Shown one piece after another: positions 1-8,015 of a stretch of 11,817 nucleotides of DNA (its first letter is position 1; each line of letters opens with the position of its first letter). This DNA comes from Pseudobacteriovorax sp. (GTDB taxonomy: Bacteria; Bdellovibrionota_B; Oligoflexia; Oligoflexales; Oligoflexaceae), in NCBI GenBank assembly GCA_050293845.1, contig JBNKNM010000178.1:1-11817 (forward strand), in the 5' to 3' direction. The position numbers and the translations under genes are program-made. Under the pieces are notes generated by a model. The model saw nothing but the letters and a program-made list of their open reading frames with translations. It made no database searches and had not been told where the DNA came from.

Positions 1-132
1 ACTGAAAGAATCATCTTATTTATAATTTTTACGGCTGTAAGTGGAGCCTGCGGCTGGCTCGTCTTACGAAAAGCCATTCATGGGCTTTTCAAGGAAAAAA
101 TTATGGAATCTCCTCCTACAAAAAACTCATAA
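1..132 (+). CDS. 3' end of a membrane protein (partial, begins before the window)
   Basis: Frame 1 is open from base 1 to TAA at 130-132: TERIILFIIFTAVSGACGWLVLRKAIHGLFKEKIMESPPTKNS. It has a hydrophobic helix followed by a basic tail. Too short to assign a family. Confidence 0.6.
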   Translation, partial: TERIILFIIFTAVSGACGWLVLRKAIHGLFKEKIMESPPTKNS

Positions 133-207
133 GAAAGAAACTTTCTCAGTCGTGTGTCAAAAAATTAGGCATAAAAGCCGCCTTATTGCAGGCGATATAA
201 GGCGTAA

Positions 208-325
208 CATACAGTAATAACAATATAAAAAATTAGAAGAGCGCAGCAGTTGTGGCTTCCGAATTGCAGTCTTTATGCAGAGACGCTGCTGCTGAAAGGT
301 GCTTCTATGAAGTTGTTATTGTGTG
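208..325. other. Long imperfect nested hairpin in the intergenic region (candidate structured RNA)
   Basis: Nested complementary pairs: AATAACAA 216-223 / TTGTTATT 313-320; TAGAAG 234-239 / CTTCTA 302-307; GCAGCAG 243-249 / CTGCTGC 286-292. Confidence 0.35.
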
Positions 326-386
326 CAAGGTGGTCTGAAGGAAAGCTCTCCCCCTCCTGGGAAGTTGGCAAGGGAAGGGGGTATCA

Positions 387-1592
387 ATGATGAAACCATC
401 GATCTTATTTGTGACCCCATCGCGATTGGTCCCTGCCAGTTCTGGTGGTCACTGGCGCTCGTTAAATGTAGCTCAAAGCCTTGCTAATATTGGTTATCAG
501 GTGACCATTCTATCTTTGGCCGGTCGTCGCGATGATTATCGGATGTCCCACGGTGCTAAGTACTCCTGTAGTAAGATCTCTGATAATCTATTTGAAATTA
601 CAGACTTACGGTTACGCCAAGGACTGGCACAATCTTTTTTTAATAGGGTAGGCTATTCTAAATTATGGAGCTTTGTCCTGTGGCCTCTATGTGGTATCAG
701 CCCTTTGGTGTTATCCTTATTCTCTGAAAAAGATATTATTATTTTTGACTCTCCTTTTATAAGGCACCCCCATAGGAACCACCAGAAATTTTCAATACTG
801 CTATCCCATAATTTAGAAACGGAAATTCTGGAAAGAAGTACCTGGTGGGACCGGTTTTTTTGGCTTCCCATTGTAAAGAAAGTCGAACTGAGTCAGCGTA
901 AATATTTTCAGGCCGTATTAAGCTGTGCACAAAGCGATACAGTATTTTACAAGCAAGGAAACGGCCTTGTTACAGAGTTACCTAATGGCATGAATCGCCA
1001 GGATTATACTGATGCAGAAATAAACTCTGCACGGACGCAACTGGGCGTTGATGCTTCTACAATGATGGTTCTCTTTGTGGGCTCTCGGTTTCAACCGAAT
1101 ATCGATGCTTTAAAATTTTTAAAGCAGTTTGTAAAACGTTACCAGGAGCAGCTGGAACAGAGTAAAATTATATTCTATGCGGTGGGAACAGTAGGAGAGA
1201 TGGATTACAGCAATCCTGTTCTGAAGGTGACCGGGCGTGTTTCTGAGGTCGCCACCTATCTTAAGGCAGCGGATTTATCGATCAATCCTGTGACTTGGGG
1301 CTCCGGGAGTAATGTCAAGGTTTTTGAATCACTTGCAGCCCAAGTGCCAATTATATCAACTCCTTTCGGACTTCGTGGGCTTCACCAGCCACTGGCTTCT
1401 GAGCTATTTGTATTTAAAGAATCCCATAATCTACTTACCCAGTTGATTAGATTAGCTGGCAAAAAGAGTCAATTGCGAGACTTAGGTAAAAAGCTATTGG
1501 AAGAGTATAAAGAGTATATACTCATGGATGAGATGGTGAGCAAGAAGGTTGTTCCCATGATTGAAGTGTCACAACACTTTTCTGAAAATTAA
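387..1592 (+). CDS. Glycosyltransferase family 4 (GT-B fold)
   Basis: N-terminal ILFVTP...SSGG..R; HNLE motif; C-terminal LFVGS...PN.DAL, VTGRV, NPVTWGSGSNVKVFESLAAQVPIISTPFG (GT4 nucleotide-sugar binding segment). Purine-rich SD (GGAAGGGGG) just upstream. Confidence 0.88.
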   Translation: MMKPSILFVTPSRLVPASSGGHWRSLNVAQSLANIGYQVTILSLAGRRDDYRMSHGAKYSCSKISDNLFEITDLRLRQGLAQSFFNRVGYSKLWSFVLWPLCGISPLVLSLFSEKDIIIFDSPFIRHPHRNHQKFSILLSHNLETEILERSTWWDRFFWLPIVKKVELSQRKYFQAVLSCAQSDTVFYKQGNGLVTELPNGMNRQDYTDAEINSARTQLGVDASTMMVLFVGSRFQPNIDALKFLKQFVKRYQEQLEQSKIIFYAVGTVGEMDYSNPVLKVTGRVSEVATYLKAADLSINPVTWGSGSNVKVFESLAAQVPIISTPFGLRGLHQPLASELFVFKESHNLLTQLIRLAGKKSQLRDLGKKLLEEYKEYILMDEMVSKKVVPMIEVSQHFSEN

Positions 1593-2005
1593 TATTCTAT
1601 CTTCTTCCTGTTTTTTTTTAGATCCGAGCGATTTTTTTTACTGGCGATTCTTTTATTAATTGAAGACTTTGTCGGTTTCGTTGCAATGCGTTTTTTTGGT
1701 GGTTTGAGAACAGCTAAAATCATTCCTGCAAGTTTTTCTTTGCAATCCTTGATATTCATAGGCTGGTCACGGTATCGCTCACCACTGATAACGACGAATC
1801 CATCCTGATTAATGCGATTCTTATACTGTTGCAAGAATCGTTGCCGAACCTCAGGGGGGAGAGACTGACTGTGGTTGATATCCCAAGTCAATATGGCCTT
1901 ACTGTTGACTTTGTTCACATTTTGACCACCCGGCCCAGAGCTACGGGTAAATTGGATGTTGTATTCGCTGTCGGGAAGGTTAATTTTATCAGTTACATAT
2001 ATCAT
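1589..2005 (-). CDS. arfB: Alternative ribosome rescue aminoacyl-tRNA hydrolase ArfB (YaeJ)
   Basis: FTRSSGPGGQNVNKVNSK catalytic GGQ motif; R.Q..N...C segment; basic C-terminal tail PKKRIATKPTKSS..KRIASKKNRS..KK.R. ATG at 2005 (MIYVTDKI) matches the usual length better than the ORF-track start at 2035. Confidence 0.95.
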   Translation of the reverse strand: MIYVTDKINLPDSEYNIQFTRSSGPGGQNVNKVNSKAILTWDINHSQSLPPEVRQRFLQQYKNRINQDGFVVISGERYRDQPMNIKDCKEKLAGMILAVLKPPKKRIATKPTKSSINKRIASKKNRSDLKKNRKKIEY

Positions 2006-2127
2006 TACAGCTACTTTCACTTCATGAAACCGCATCGCAAGTGGGATGCTAGACTTGCAGGAAAAAACATTGCAAATCTTATACCTTAAATGTAGAACCC
2101 GGATCTGAAAAATTTTCCCCTAAGCTA

Positions 2128-2577
2128 ATGGAGGAAGAGTTGGAGAAAGATTTTTGGAAGCATAAAGCCCTGGAACAACTTAATCCTGAAGAGTGGGAAG
2201 CCCTGTGTGATGGCTGTGGAAAATGCTGTCTCGTAAAATTAGAAGATGAGGATACAGGTGAGCTTGTTTTCACCACGATAGCCTGTAAACTGTTTGATTT
2301 AAAAAAATGTCAGTGCAGTCAATATCCGAAGAGACATAAGATTGTAAAGGATTGCCAGCGCCTAACTCCCAAAAAAGTTAGGACTTTGAAATGGCTGCCA
2401 CAATCTTGCGCCTATCGACTGGTTGCTGACGGTAAGGAGCTTCCCCCGTGGCATCATCTCATATCTGGAAACAAAAACACTATCCATAAGTCAGGACAGT
2501 CGGTTAAAGGTAGAGTGGTATCTGAGCTTACCGTAAAAGACTTTGAAGATTATACTATTGAGGGAACAGAGCTTTAG
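2128..2577 (+). CDS. ycgN: YcgN family cysteine-cluster protein (UPF0260, CxxCxxCC)
   Basis: [38 protein letters not shown]...CQCSQY..R...V.DC, WLP.SCAYR, WHHLISG. Confidence 0.92.
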   Translation: MEEELEKDFWKHKALEQLNPEEWEALCDGCGKCCLVKLEDEDTGELVFTTIACKLFDLKKCQCSQYPKRHKIVKDCQRLTPKKVRTLKWLPQSCAYRLVADGKELPPWHHLISGNKNTIHKSGQSVKGRVVSELTVKDFEDYTIEGTEL

Positions 2578-2876
2578 GAGACTCCATGAACCTCAGGGCT
2601 TACTATTACAAATGGACTAACTACTAGAACCTGCAACTTAAGTCCTTGATTATGGGAGAGTCTATTAGCATCCCTGTCATCAGCCAGACGGAAAAGTCCT
2701 TGCTGCATCCATTGAGAGATGCGGGGGGCATCGTCCTGAGCCATGGCTACTGCAACTTCAACTATGTCAATTTGAGGTTCTACATAACAAAGTCTTTTAA
2801 ACGCAAAGTCTCTAGCTACGTCTTTCCAAGCTATCAGGTCCAGATCATTCTGAAATTTACTGTGTAGGTCTTCCAT
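2574..2876 (-). CDS. DUF2288 family protein
   Basis: About 100 aa with W..V...F....L.YV....[12 protein letters not shown]...I.QW...G and C-terminal VVSPFVIV, matching my recollection of DUF2288. ATG at 2876 has a GGAG SD upstream on the minus strand; the ORF track starts at TTG 2891. Confidence 0.75.
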   Translation of the reverse strand: MEDLHSKFQNDLDLIAWKDVARDFAFKRLCYVEPQIDIVEVAVAMAQDDAPRISQWMQQGLFRLADDRDANRLSHNQGLKLQVLVVSPFVIVSPEVHGVS

Positions 2877-2907
2877 GGGGTTTCTCCACAAAATTGAGGC
2901 GGGCCTG

Positions 2908-2999
2908 TTTTAACCCATGGCTGATTATCTGGCTAGCTTAAATTCCATGAAGTTGTGTTAACAGGAAGAGTCTCCCGTAGGAGCCATTAGGGGTTAAAA
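2908..2999. repeat. Terminal inverted repeat enclosing most of the intergenic spacer
   Basis: TTTTAACCC-ATGGCT (2908-2922) is complementary to AGCCAT-tag-GGGTTAAAA (2982-2999): 15 bp with one 3-nt bulge. Confidence 0.5.
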
Positions 3000-3851
3000 T
3001 TATTTAGGATAGAGAGCGGTAGGGTAGCGGGTGCTTTTCAATGTTCCCTCGTAACTTATGGTTTGCGAAAGGATCGGGTCTTGCAGTACTTCCACAACAG
3101 GCAATAGCATACCATTAATAGACATGGTTCCTGAGATGAGTCGTACGCCATGACTATAGTCTGCATAATAATCCCCATGGATCGTGGAGAGGGGTTGAAT
3201 CGCTTGACCATTGGCTTTGTGCCATCCATAAATCGCCACCCTTTGCGACTTCCATTGCAAACGATTACTGATAACAACATCTTTTTTGTGCCCGGCAACT
3301 AAGTCTCCTTGGGAGTAATTTTTAAGCTGTTGCTGGATGAGTTGATGGTGCTTTGCAAACTGTTCAGTACGTACCATTTGTTCCCCCGGCGTAAAAGTAG
3401 CTGGTTTCAACTTAACTTCAGCCTGTTCAAAAATCTTATCAACCATTTTGGTAGTTGGTAGAACACATCCAAAATGATCTGCAATACGTTGGGCTGTAAT
3501 GGGATTCATCGGAATACGTATATAATCAGTATTACTTCCAATTGCTAAATAGTCTGGTGTAACCCAGAAAGTCACCTCAACTGATCTTCCGGTATTGAGG
3601 GTTTGCTCGTAAGTAATTGGCTTAAGATCTCTGATATATGGGGGAATATTTCCGCGACGTATTTCCTTTAATATAGCTTTTTCGCGTCCCAAGTCGCCTG
3701 TTTTAGTAATATTCTTGATAAACTCACTTCCATTAAGTGCAGTATCGGGACGCTTGGGAATAGCTGTGGTGTATGGCTGAGAAAAAAAAGTAGCACATCC
3801 GGTAGCTAACAGTAGCCATAAGATAAGAGTTATTACAAAAGTAAGCTTCAT
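3000..3851 (-). CDS. Uncharacterised lipoprotein, paralog A of a His-rich GHKKD/YGWH/DYSHG family
   Basis: Hydrophobic signal peptide with lipobox-like LATG-C19; GGGAG SD upstream; collinear similarity to 7992..8867 (PDYLAIGS, LPT.KMV, LVAGHKKDVV, AIYGWH, IQPLST.HG.YYADYSHG.RL). Confidence 0.85.
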   Translation of the reverse strand: MKLTFVITLILWLLLATGCATFFSQPYTTAIPKRPDTALNGSEFIKNITKTGDLGREKAILKEIRRGNIPPYIRDLKPITYEQTLNTGRSVEVTFWVTPDYLAIGSNTDYIRIPMNPITAQRIADHFGCVLPTTKMVDKIFEQAEVKLKPATFTPGEQMVRTEQFAKHHQLIQQQLKNYSQGDLVAGHKKDVVISNRLQWKSQRVAIYGWHKANGQAIQPLSTIHGDYYADYSHGVRLISGTMSINGMLLPVVEVLQDPILSQTISYEGTLKSTRYPTALYPK

Positions 3852-4086
3852 AACTTATCTCCCTATTAATTTCCACGACACTTACATTTTAGAAAATTTT
3901 TCAAGAAAAATCTCTGGTTTGATCCACCTGTTAGCTAATTATCGTCCGAACATTTCAGCAGATTATCTAAAGATATATTAAGCTGCCAACGATAACCCTA
4001 TCCATGGGATAAGGAAGAACCCAATGAGAGTGGAATTGGTAGGTTGCTATTGCTAGATATAATTTCTAGGCAATTTCGATTAGAAG

Positions 4087-6042
4087 ATGAATTTTATGTC
4101 TTTAATAATACTAGTGAGATACCAACTATTGGCTTATTGCTGCCTTGTTATAAGTAACTTTGTCATGGCAGCAGAAGCAATGGAAACCTCTGAGTCCAAA
4201 GATTCTTCTCTCTTCGAACAAAATTCAAATGTTTCCATTGATAATCTCATACCTTCGTCGCAAGCAACCATACCAAACCCTGCTACAAATGCACTGCCTT
4301 GTACGCAAGAAAATCGAGATGATAACTGTGCTGTCGATGGAAATATGCAATTTCATCCCAGATTAGAGCCGCCTCCTACGCTCCCGCAAAAATTAAATGT
4401 AAACGTTTTGGATTTCCAAGAATATAAAGAGAGTCAAAAAATTAGTTTTTTAGCTGGAGGAGATGCTCAGGGCGAGGTGGAGTTGATCAACATCAATCCT
4501 AAAGTGAACATGTGGTATATTTTAAAAATTGTCTGGGCTCACAAGAAATTGGAGGAAAAATTTCATTTAGAAAATATATATCCAAAAAGGCAAAGGCTGT
4601 TATTAAGAGAAGGCTATCATACTGGCATTATTATAAAGGATGAGTCAGGACAATATCCTTGTAATCTTTGGTCCCAAGATGGTGCAGAAATCAAGCTCGC
4701 GCAATTCCGAAAAAAACCATTTTCAGAGTTATGCGATAACAAAATATATCTACGTAATAAGATTGAAGGCTATCGTACAACAAAAGAGTGGGTGGTTGAG
4801 TTTCTACGCGATAATATTTGGGGAGGGGAAACTATCACAGATATTGTTAAGAATACCATCTATAAGGACCGTTATCTTGTTGATTCAAAGATTAAAAATG
4901 ACAAGCATACTTCAAATATACGAAAGCATTATCAAGTAACACCACCTCTAGCAAAATTACGTTCAGAAGCAGTTAACTCTTTAATAGAAGTGGGAGAGCT
5001 TGGAATTGATTTTATCGGGCGTGAGGCGGGTGAGGTTATAGTTGGTGATTGGTACCAAAGCAGGAAACAACCCGGGGCTTTTGTATCTATCATAAAGCCT
5101 GATGTCATATCTGATAATATTTTACACAGCTATGATGGCTATGTAAAAAAATTAGAAGAAGTAGAATCACAGGCTATAGCTTATCTGATAGCATTTAACC
5201 TAGACGAATATCAAATGCATTTCTCTATCGGCACCGAGCATCCCAGGGTAGGTTGGTCAACACGAGTTAGAGAAGCAGATAGAGATTTAAGTCTAGATGG
5301 GCCAGATGGGATCAAAAGTATTGAACCCTTAACGGGGACCGGGTTGATTCCACCCCATTTAGCTCAATCAGTTGCTGCAACTTTTACAGCTGGTTTTAAG
5401 CGAAGTCATGGCGGTTTTAAGTGGGGACGCTTGGCAAAAATTAATCATGGATCGCACTATGGTTTTATAGAAAAGGGTGTTGTCCTAAGTAAGCTACAGC
5501 CACATCTTTCAACATTAATTATATACAATGACGATAATGTCCAAATGAAGACTTGGGAAGAAGATGATAATAATCTTCTCCCCTTTATAAAGTCAGCGCG
5601 GCAAAATGGAGTTCCTATTATTGAGTACGACGAAAGTAATAAAGTGGGTGTCCCAGGAAAATACGTCAGCAACTGGACCTTAGGAAATTGGTCGGGGTCA
5701 CAGGATCGTGCCTTTCGAACTTTACGTGCGGGAGTATGTTTAGCATCAAACAACAATAAAAAGTTCCTGATTTATGGTTATTTTTCTAGCGTTACACCAA
5801 CAGCAATGGCGCGAATTTTTCAAGCTTACCAATGTAATTATGCCATGCATCTGGATATGAACGCTTTAGAACATACCTATCTTTCCATTTATTCTAATGA
5901 CGAGTCCGGCAATCTGATCCCCGAGCAGCTAATTGAGGGTATGAAAGTATTGGATCAAAGGTTTAAAGGGAATGTTCCGCGATTTATTGGCTATCCTGAT
6001 AATCGGGATTTTTTCTATTTGACGCGAGGGGAAAATCATTGA
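4087..6042 (+). CDS. Large secreted protein with a C-terminal divergent phosphodiester glycosidase (NAGPA-like) domain
   Basis: 651-aa ORF with a probable signal peptide (..SNFVMA-AE). C-terminal third has ATFTAGFKRSHGGF, ARQNGVPII, TLRAGVC, TPTAMARIFQAYQCNYAMHLDMN, which parallel the NGGF / R.A.G / A..LD motifs of the phosphodiester glycosidase family. The CDS is solid; the domain call is inference. Confidence 0.65.
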   Translation: MNFMSLIILVRYQLLAYCCLVISNFVMAAEAMETSESKDSSLFEQNSNVSIDNLIPSSQATIPNPATNALPCTQENRDDNCAVDGNMQFHPRLEPPPTLPQKLNVNVLDFQEYKESQKISFLAGGDAQGEVELININPKVNMWYILKIVWAHKKLEEKFHLENIYPKRQRLLLREGYHTGIIIKDESGQYPCNLWSQDGAEIKLAQFRKKPFSELCDNKIYLRNKIEGYRTTKEWVVEFLRDNIWGGETITDIVKNTIYKDRYLVDSKIKNDKHTSNIRKHYQVTPPLAKLRSEAVNSLIEVGELGIDFIGREAGEVIVGDWYQSRKQPGAFVSIIKPDVISDNILHSYDGYVKKLEEVESQAIAYLIAFNLDEYQMHFSIGTEHPRVGWSTRVREADRDLSLDGPDGIKSIEPLTGTGLIPPHLAQSVAATFTAGFKRSHGGFKWGRLAKINHGSHYGFIEKGVVLSKLQPHLSTLIIYNDDNVQMKTWEEDDNNLLPFIKSARQNGVPIIEYDESNKVGVPGKYVSNWTLGNWSGSQDRAFRTLRAGVCLASNNNKKFLIYGYFSSVTPTAMARIFQAYQCNYAMHLDMNALEHTYLSIYSNDESGNLIPEQLIEGMKVLDQRFKGNVPRFIGYPDNRDFFYLTRGENH

Positions 6043-7487
6043 ACCTTAGCGTACTGAAAGCAGCGGAACGGCATCCTCTATGTATAGACTTAGATGGAAC
6101 TCTTGTTAATACTGATACTCTTGTCGAAGCTATCTTAGTTCTTCTAAAAATAAATCTGTTTTATTTATTTATTCTCCCTATTTGGGTTTTAAAGGGAAAG
6201 GCTAAATTTAAGACGGTTGTTTTTAGGCATGCAAAATTAAATGTTCAAAGTTTACCTTATAATCAGAATGTACTTGCCTTGATTAAGGAACAAAAGGAAT
6301 TGGGTCGCCCCGTTGTATTGGTGACAGCCAGCCCATATCTTATAGCGGAACCAATTGCTGACTATTTGGGTTTTTTTTCTGAGGTGCTTGCTAGTGATGA
6401 AAATATCAACTTGAAGGGTAAGGCTAAAGCCAATCTCCTTCTAAAAAAATATGGAGACAAAGGATTTGATTATGCAGGTAATGCACCTGTAGATGTCCAT
6501 GTTTGGAAAAAATCCCATCAGGCATTTTTGGTGAATTGTTCCAAAACCACTGAGAAAAAAGCTGCTAGAATAGCCTTTTCCGTTTCCATCTTGCAGAAAA
6601 GAAAGCCTATAATAAAATTAGTAATGAGACAAATTAGAGTTCATCAATGGCTAAAAAATTTACTCATTTTTACTCCGATTATTCTTTCTCATAAGTTAAC
6701 CGACGTATTTGCTTGGATTCATACAATTCATGCTTTTTTCTCTTTTTCCTTGTTGTCCTCATCGGTATATGTGGTGAACGACATTCTCGACCTACAAGCC
6801 GATAGGCAGCACCCCCAAAATTGTAAGCGACCATTTGCCAGTGGTAGTTTACCTATTTCTTGGGGATTTGTGTTGTTTCCTGTTTTGTTTCTAGGGGGGA
6901 CTTTGCTCGCATGGAGTTTATCTCTCGAGTTTTTTGCCATTGTACTGAGTTACTTTGGGTTAACATCGGCCTACTCGTTAAGATTGAAACAGATTCCTAT
7001 AGCCGATATCTTAATTTTGACTTCTCTGTTTTCTTGGCGAGTGTTTGCTGGTTCTATAGCCTCAGGAATAGTGTTTTCAGAGTGGTTTTTTACCTTTGCT
7101 ATATTCTTCTTTCTCAGCCTGGCTCTAGTAAAACGCTGTTCAGAGTTAATTGTGATGCGTGCCAATAATCGAAAAGCTGCAAGCCATAGAGGATACCTGG
7201 TAGAAGACCTACCTTTGCTTCTGTCCCTTGGAGTTGGTAGTGCCTATCTGAGTATTTTGGTGTTGGCCTTGTATTTCAACTCAAACGAGGTGAAAGAGAT
7301 TAATATTTATCCAAAACTGCTATGGGCGATACTACCTCTTCTGCTCTTCTGGATATCGCGGATGTGGCTGATCGCCTGGCGTGGGAAGATGCCTACGGAT
7401 CCGTTATTATTCACAATGCGAGACAAACTTTCCTATGTTGTATGTATTCTCATCAGCTGTCTATGGTTACTGGCGAAAAGTTGGTAG
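6039..7487 (+). CDS. HAD-UbiA fusion: polyprenyl-phosphate phosphoribosyltransferase-like prenyltransferase with N-terminal HAD phosphatase domain
   Basis: HAD motifs CIDLDGT, LVTAS, NLKGKAK, YAGNAPVD; UbiA/DPPR-synthase motifs RVHQWLKN, YVVNDILDLQADRQHP...RPFASG, SLALVKR, DPLLF; many TM helices. TTG start overlaps the upstream TGA; GAGGGG SD at 6026-6031. Confidence 0.9.
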   Translation: MNLSVLKAAERHPLCIDLDGTLVNTDTLVEAILVLLKINLFYLFILPIWVLKGKAKFKTVVFRHAKLNVQSLPYNQNVLALIKEQKELGRPVVLVTASPYLIAEPIADYLGFFSEVLASDENINLKGKAKANLLLKKYGDKGFDYAGNAPVDVHVWKKSHQAFLVNCSKTTEKKAARIAFSVSILQKRKPIIKLVMRQIRVHQWLKNLLIFTPIILSHKLTDVFAWIHTIHAFFSFSLLSSSVYVVNDILDLQADRQHPQNCKRPFASGSLPISWGFVLFPVLFLGGTLLAWSLSLEFFAIVLSYFGLTSAYSLRLKQIPIADILILTSLFSWRVFAGSIASGIVFSEWFFTFAIFFFLSLALVKRCSELIVMRANNRKAASHRGYLVEDLPLLLSLGVGSAYLSILVLALYFNSNEVKEINIYPKLLWAILPLLLFWISRMWLIAWRGKMPTDPLLFTMRDKLSYVVCILISCLWLLAKSW

Positions 7488-7586
7488 TGCTGCCTTTTCC
7501 AGGATATTTTGACTTGATAGTTTGGGACGAGATTGGTAGATATCCGTGTTCGCTCCTCTTTTATTTCCAGCGAAGGAACGCCAGTC

Positions 7587-8015
7587 ATGCCCGCAATAAA
7601 TCAAAATACCATAACTATTTCCTATACTTTACTCGATAAGGCCGGTACGGTTTTGGACCAAGTTGGGGATTCGGGAATTGCTGTTCACCTAGATAAAATG
7701 GAGTTACCCTCCGCTCTGATGGCAGCCCTGAAAGGTAAACAAGAGGGAGAAGAATTCGAGCTTTCGCTTAAAGCAGAGGACGCCTATGGGCTACGGGATG
7801 AGGATCTTATCACTGCAGTTGCACGTCAGCAGTTCGCCGATCTTCCTGAGTTGAGTCCAGGGATGCAGCTAGAAGCACAGCTGGATGATGGCGTTGAACT
7901 TGTATGGGTCAAGGAGGTTTCCAGGGAGCAGGTTATTCTCGACTTAAACCACCCCCTTGCGGGTCTTGATCTGATATTTAAAGTTAAAGTACTAGCCGTT
8001 GGAACGGCTAAGTAG
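7587..8015 (+). CDS. slyD: SlyD-type FKBP peptidyl-prolyl cis-trans isomerase (no His-rich tail)
   Basis: ISYTL...G.VLD, AL.GK.EGE.F.L.L.AEDAYG.RDE, PGMQ insert-in-flap, V.LDLNHPLAG.DL.F.VKV. ATG at 7587 has GAAGGA upstream and is preferred over TTG 7533. Confidence 0.88.
   Translation: MPAINQNTITISYTLLDKAGTVLDQVGDSGIAVHLDKMELPSALMAALKGKQEGEEFELSLKAEDAYGLRDEDLITAVARQQFADLPELSPGMQLEAQLDDGVELVWVKEVSREQVILDLNHPLAGLDLIFKVKVLAVGTAK

Noticed and set aside
234..307. Lysine-riboswitch-like AGA.G.GC ... GCTGAAAGG words
   Set aside because: Too short, lacks the loop-E, kissing-loop and five-way junction elements, and the downstream gene is unrelated to lysine.
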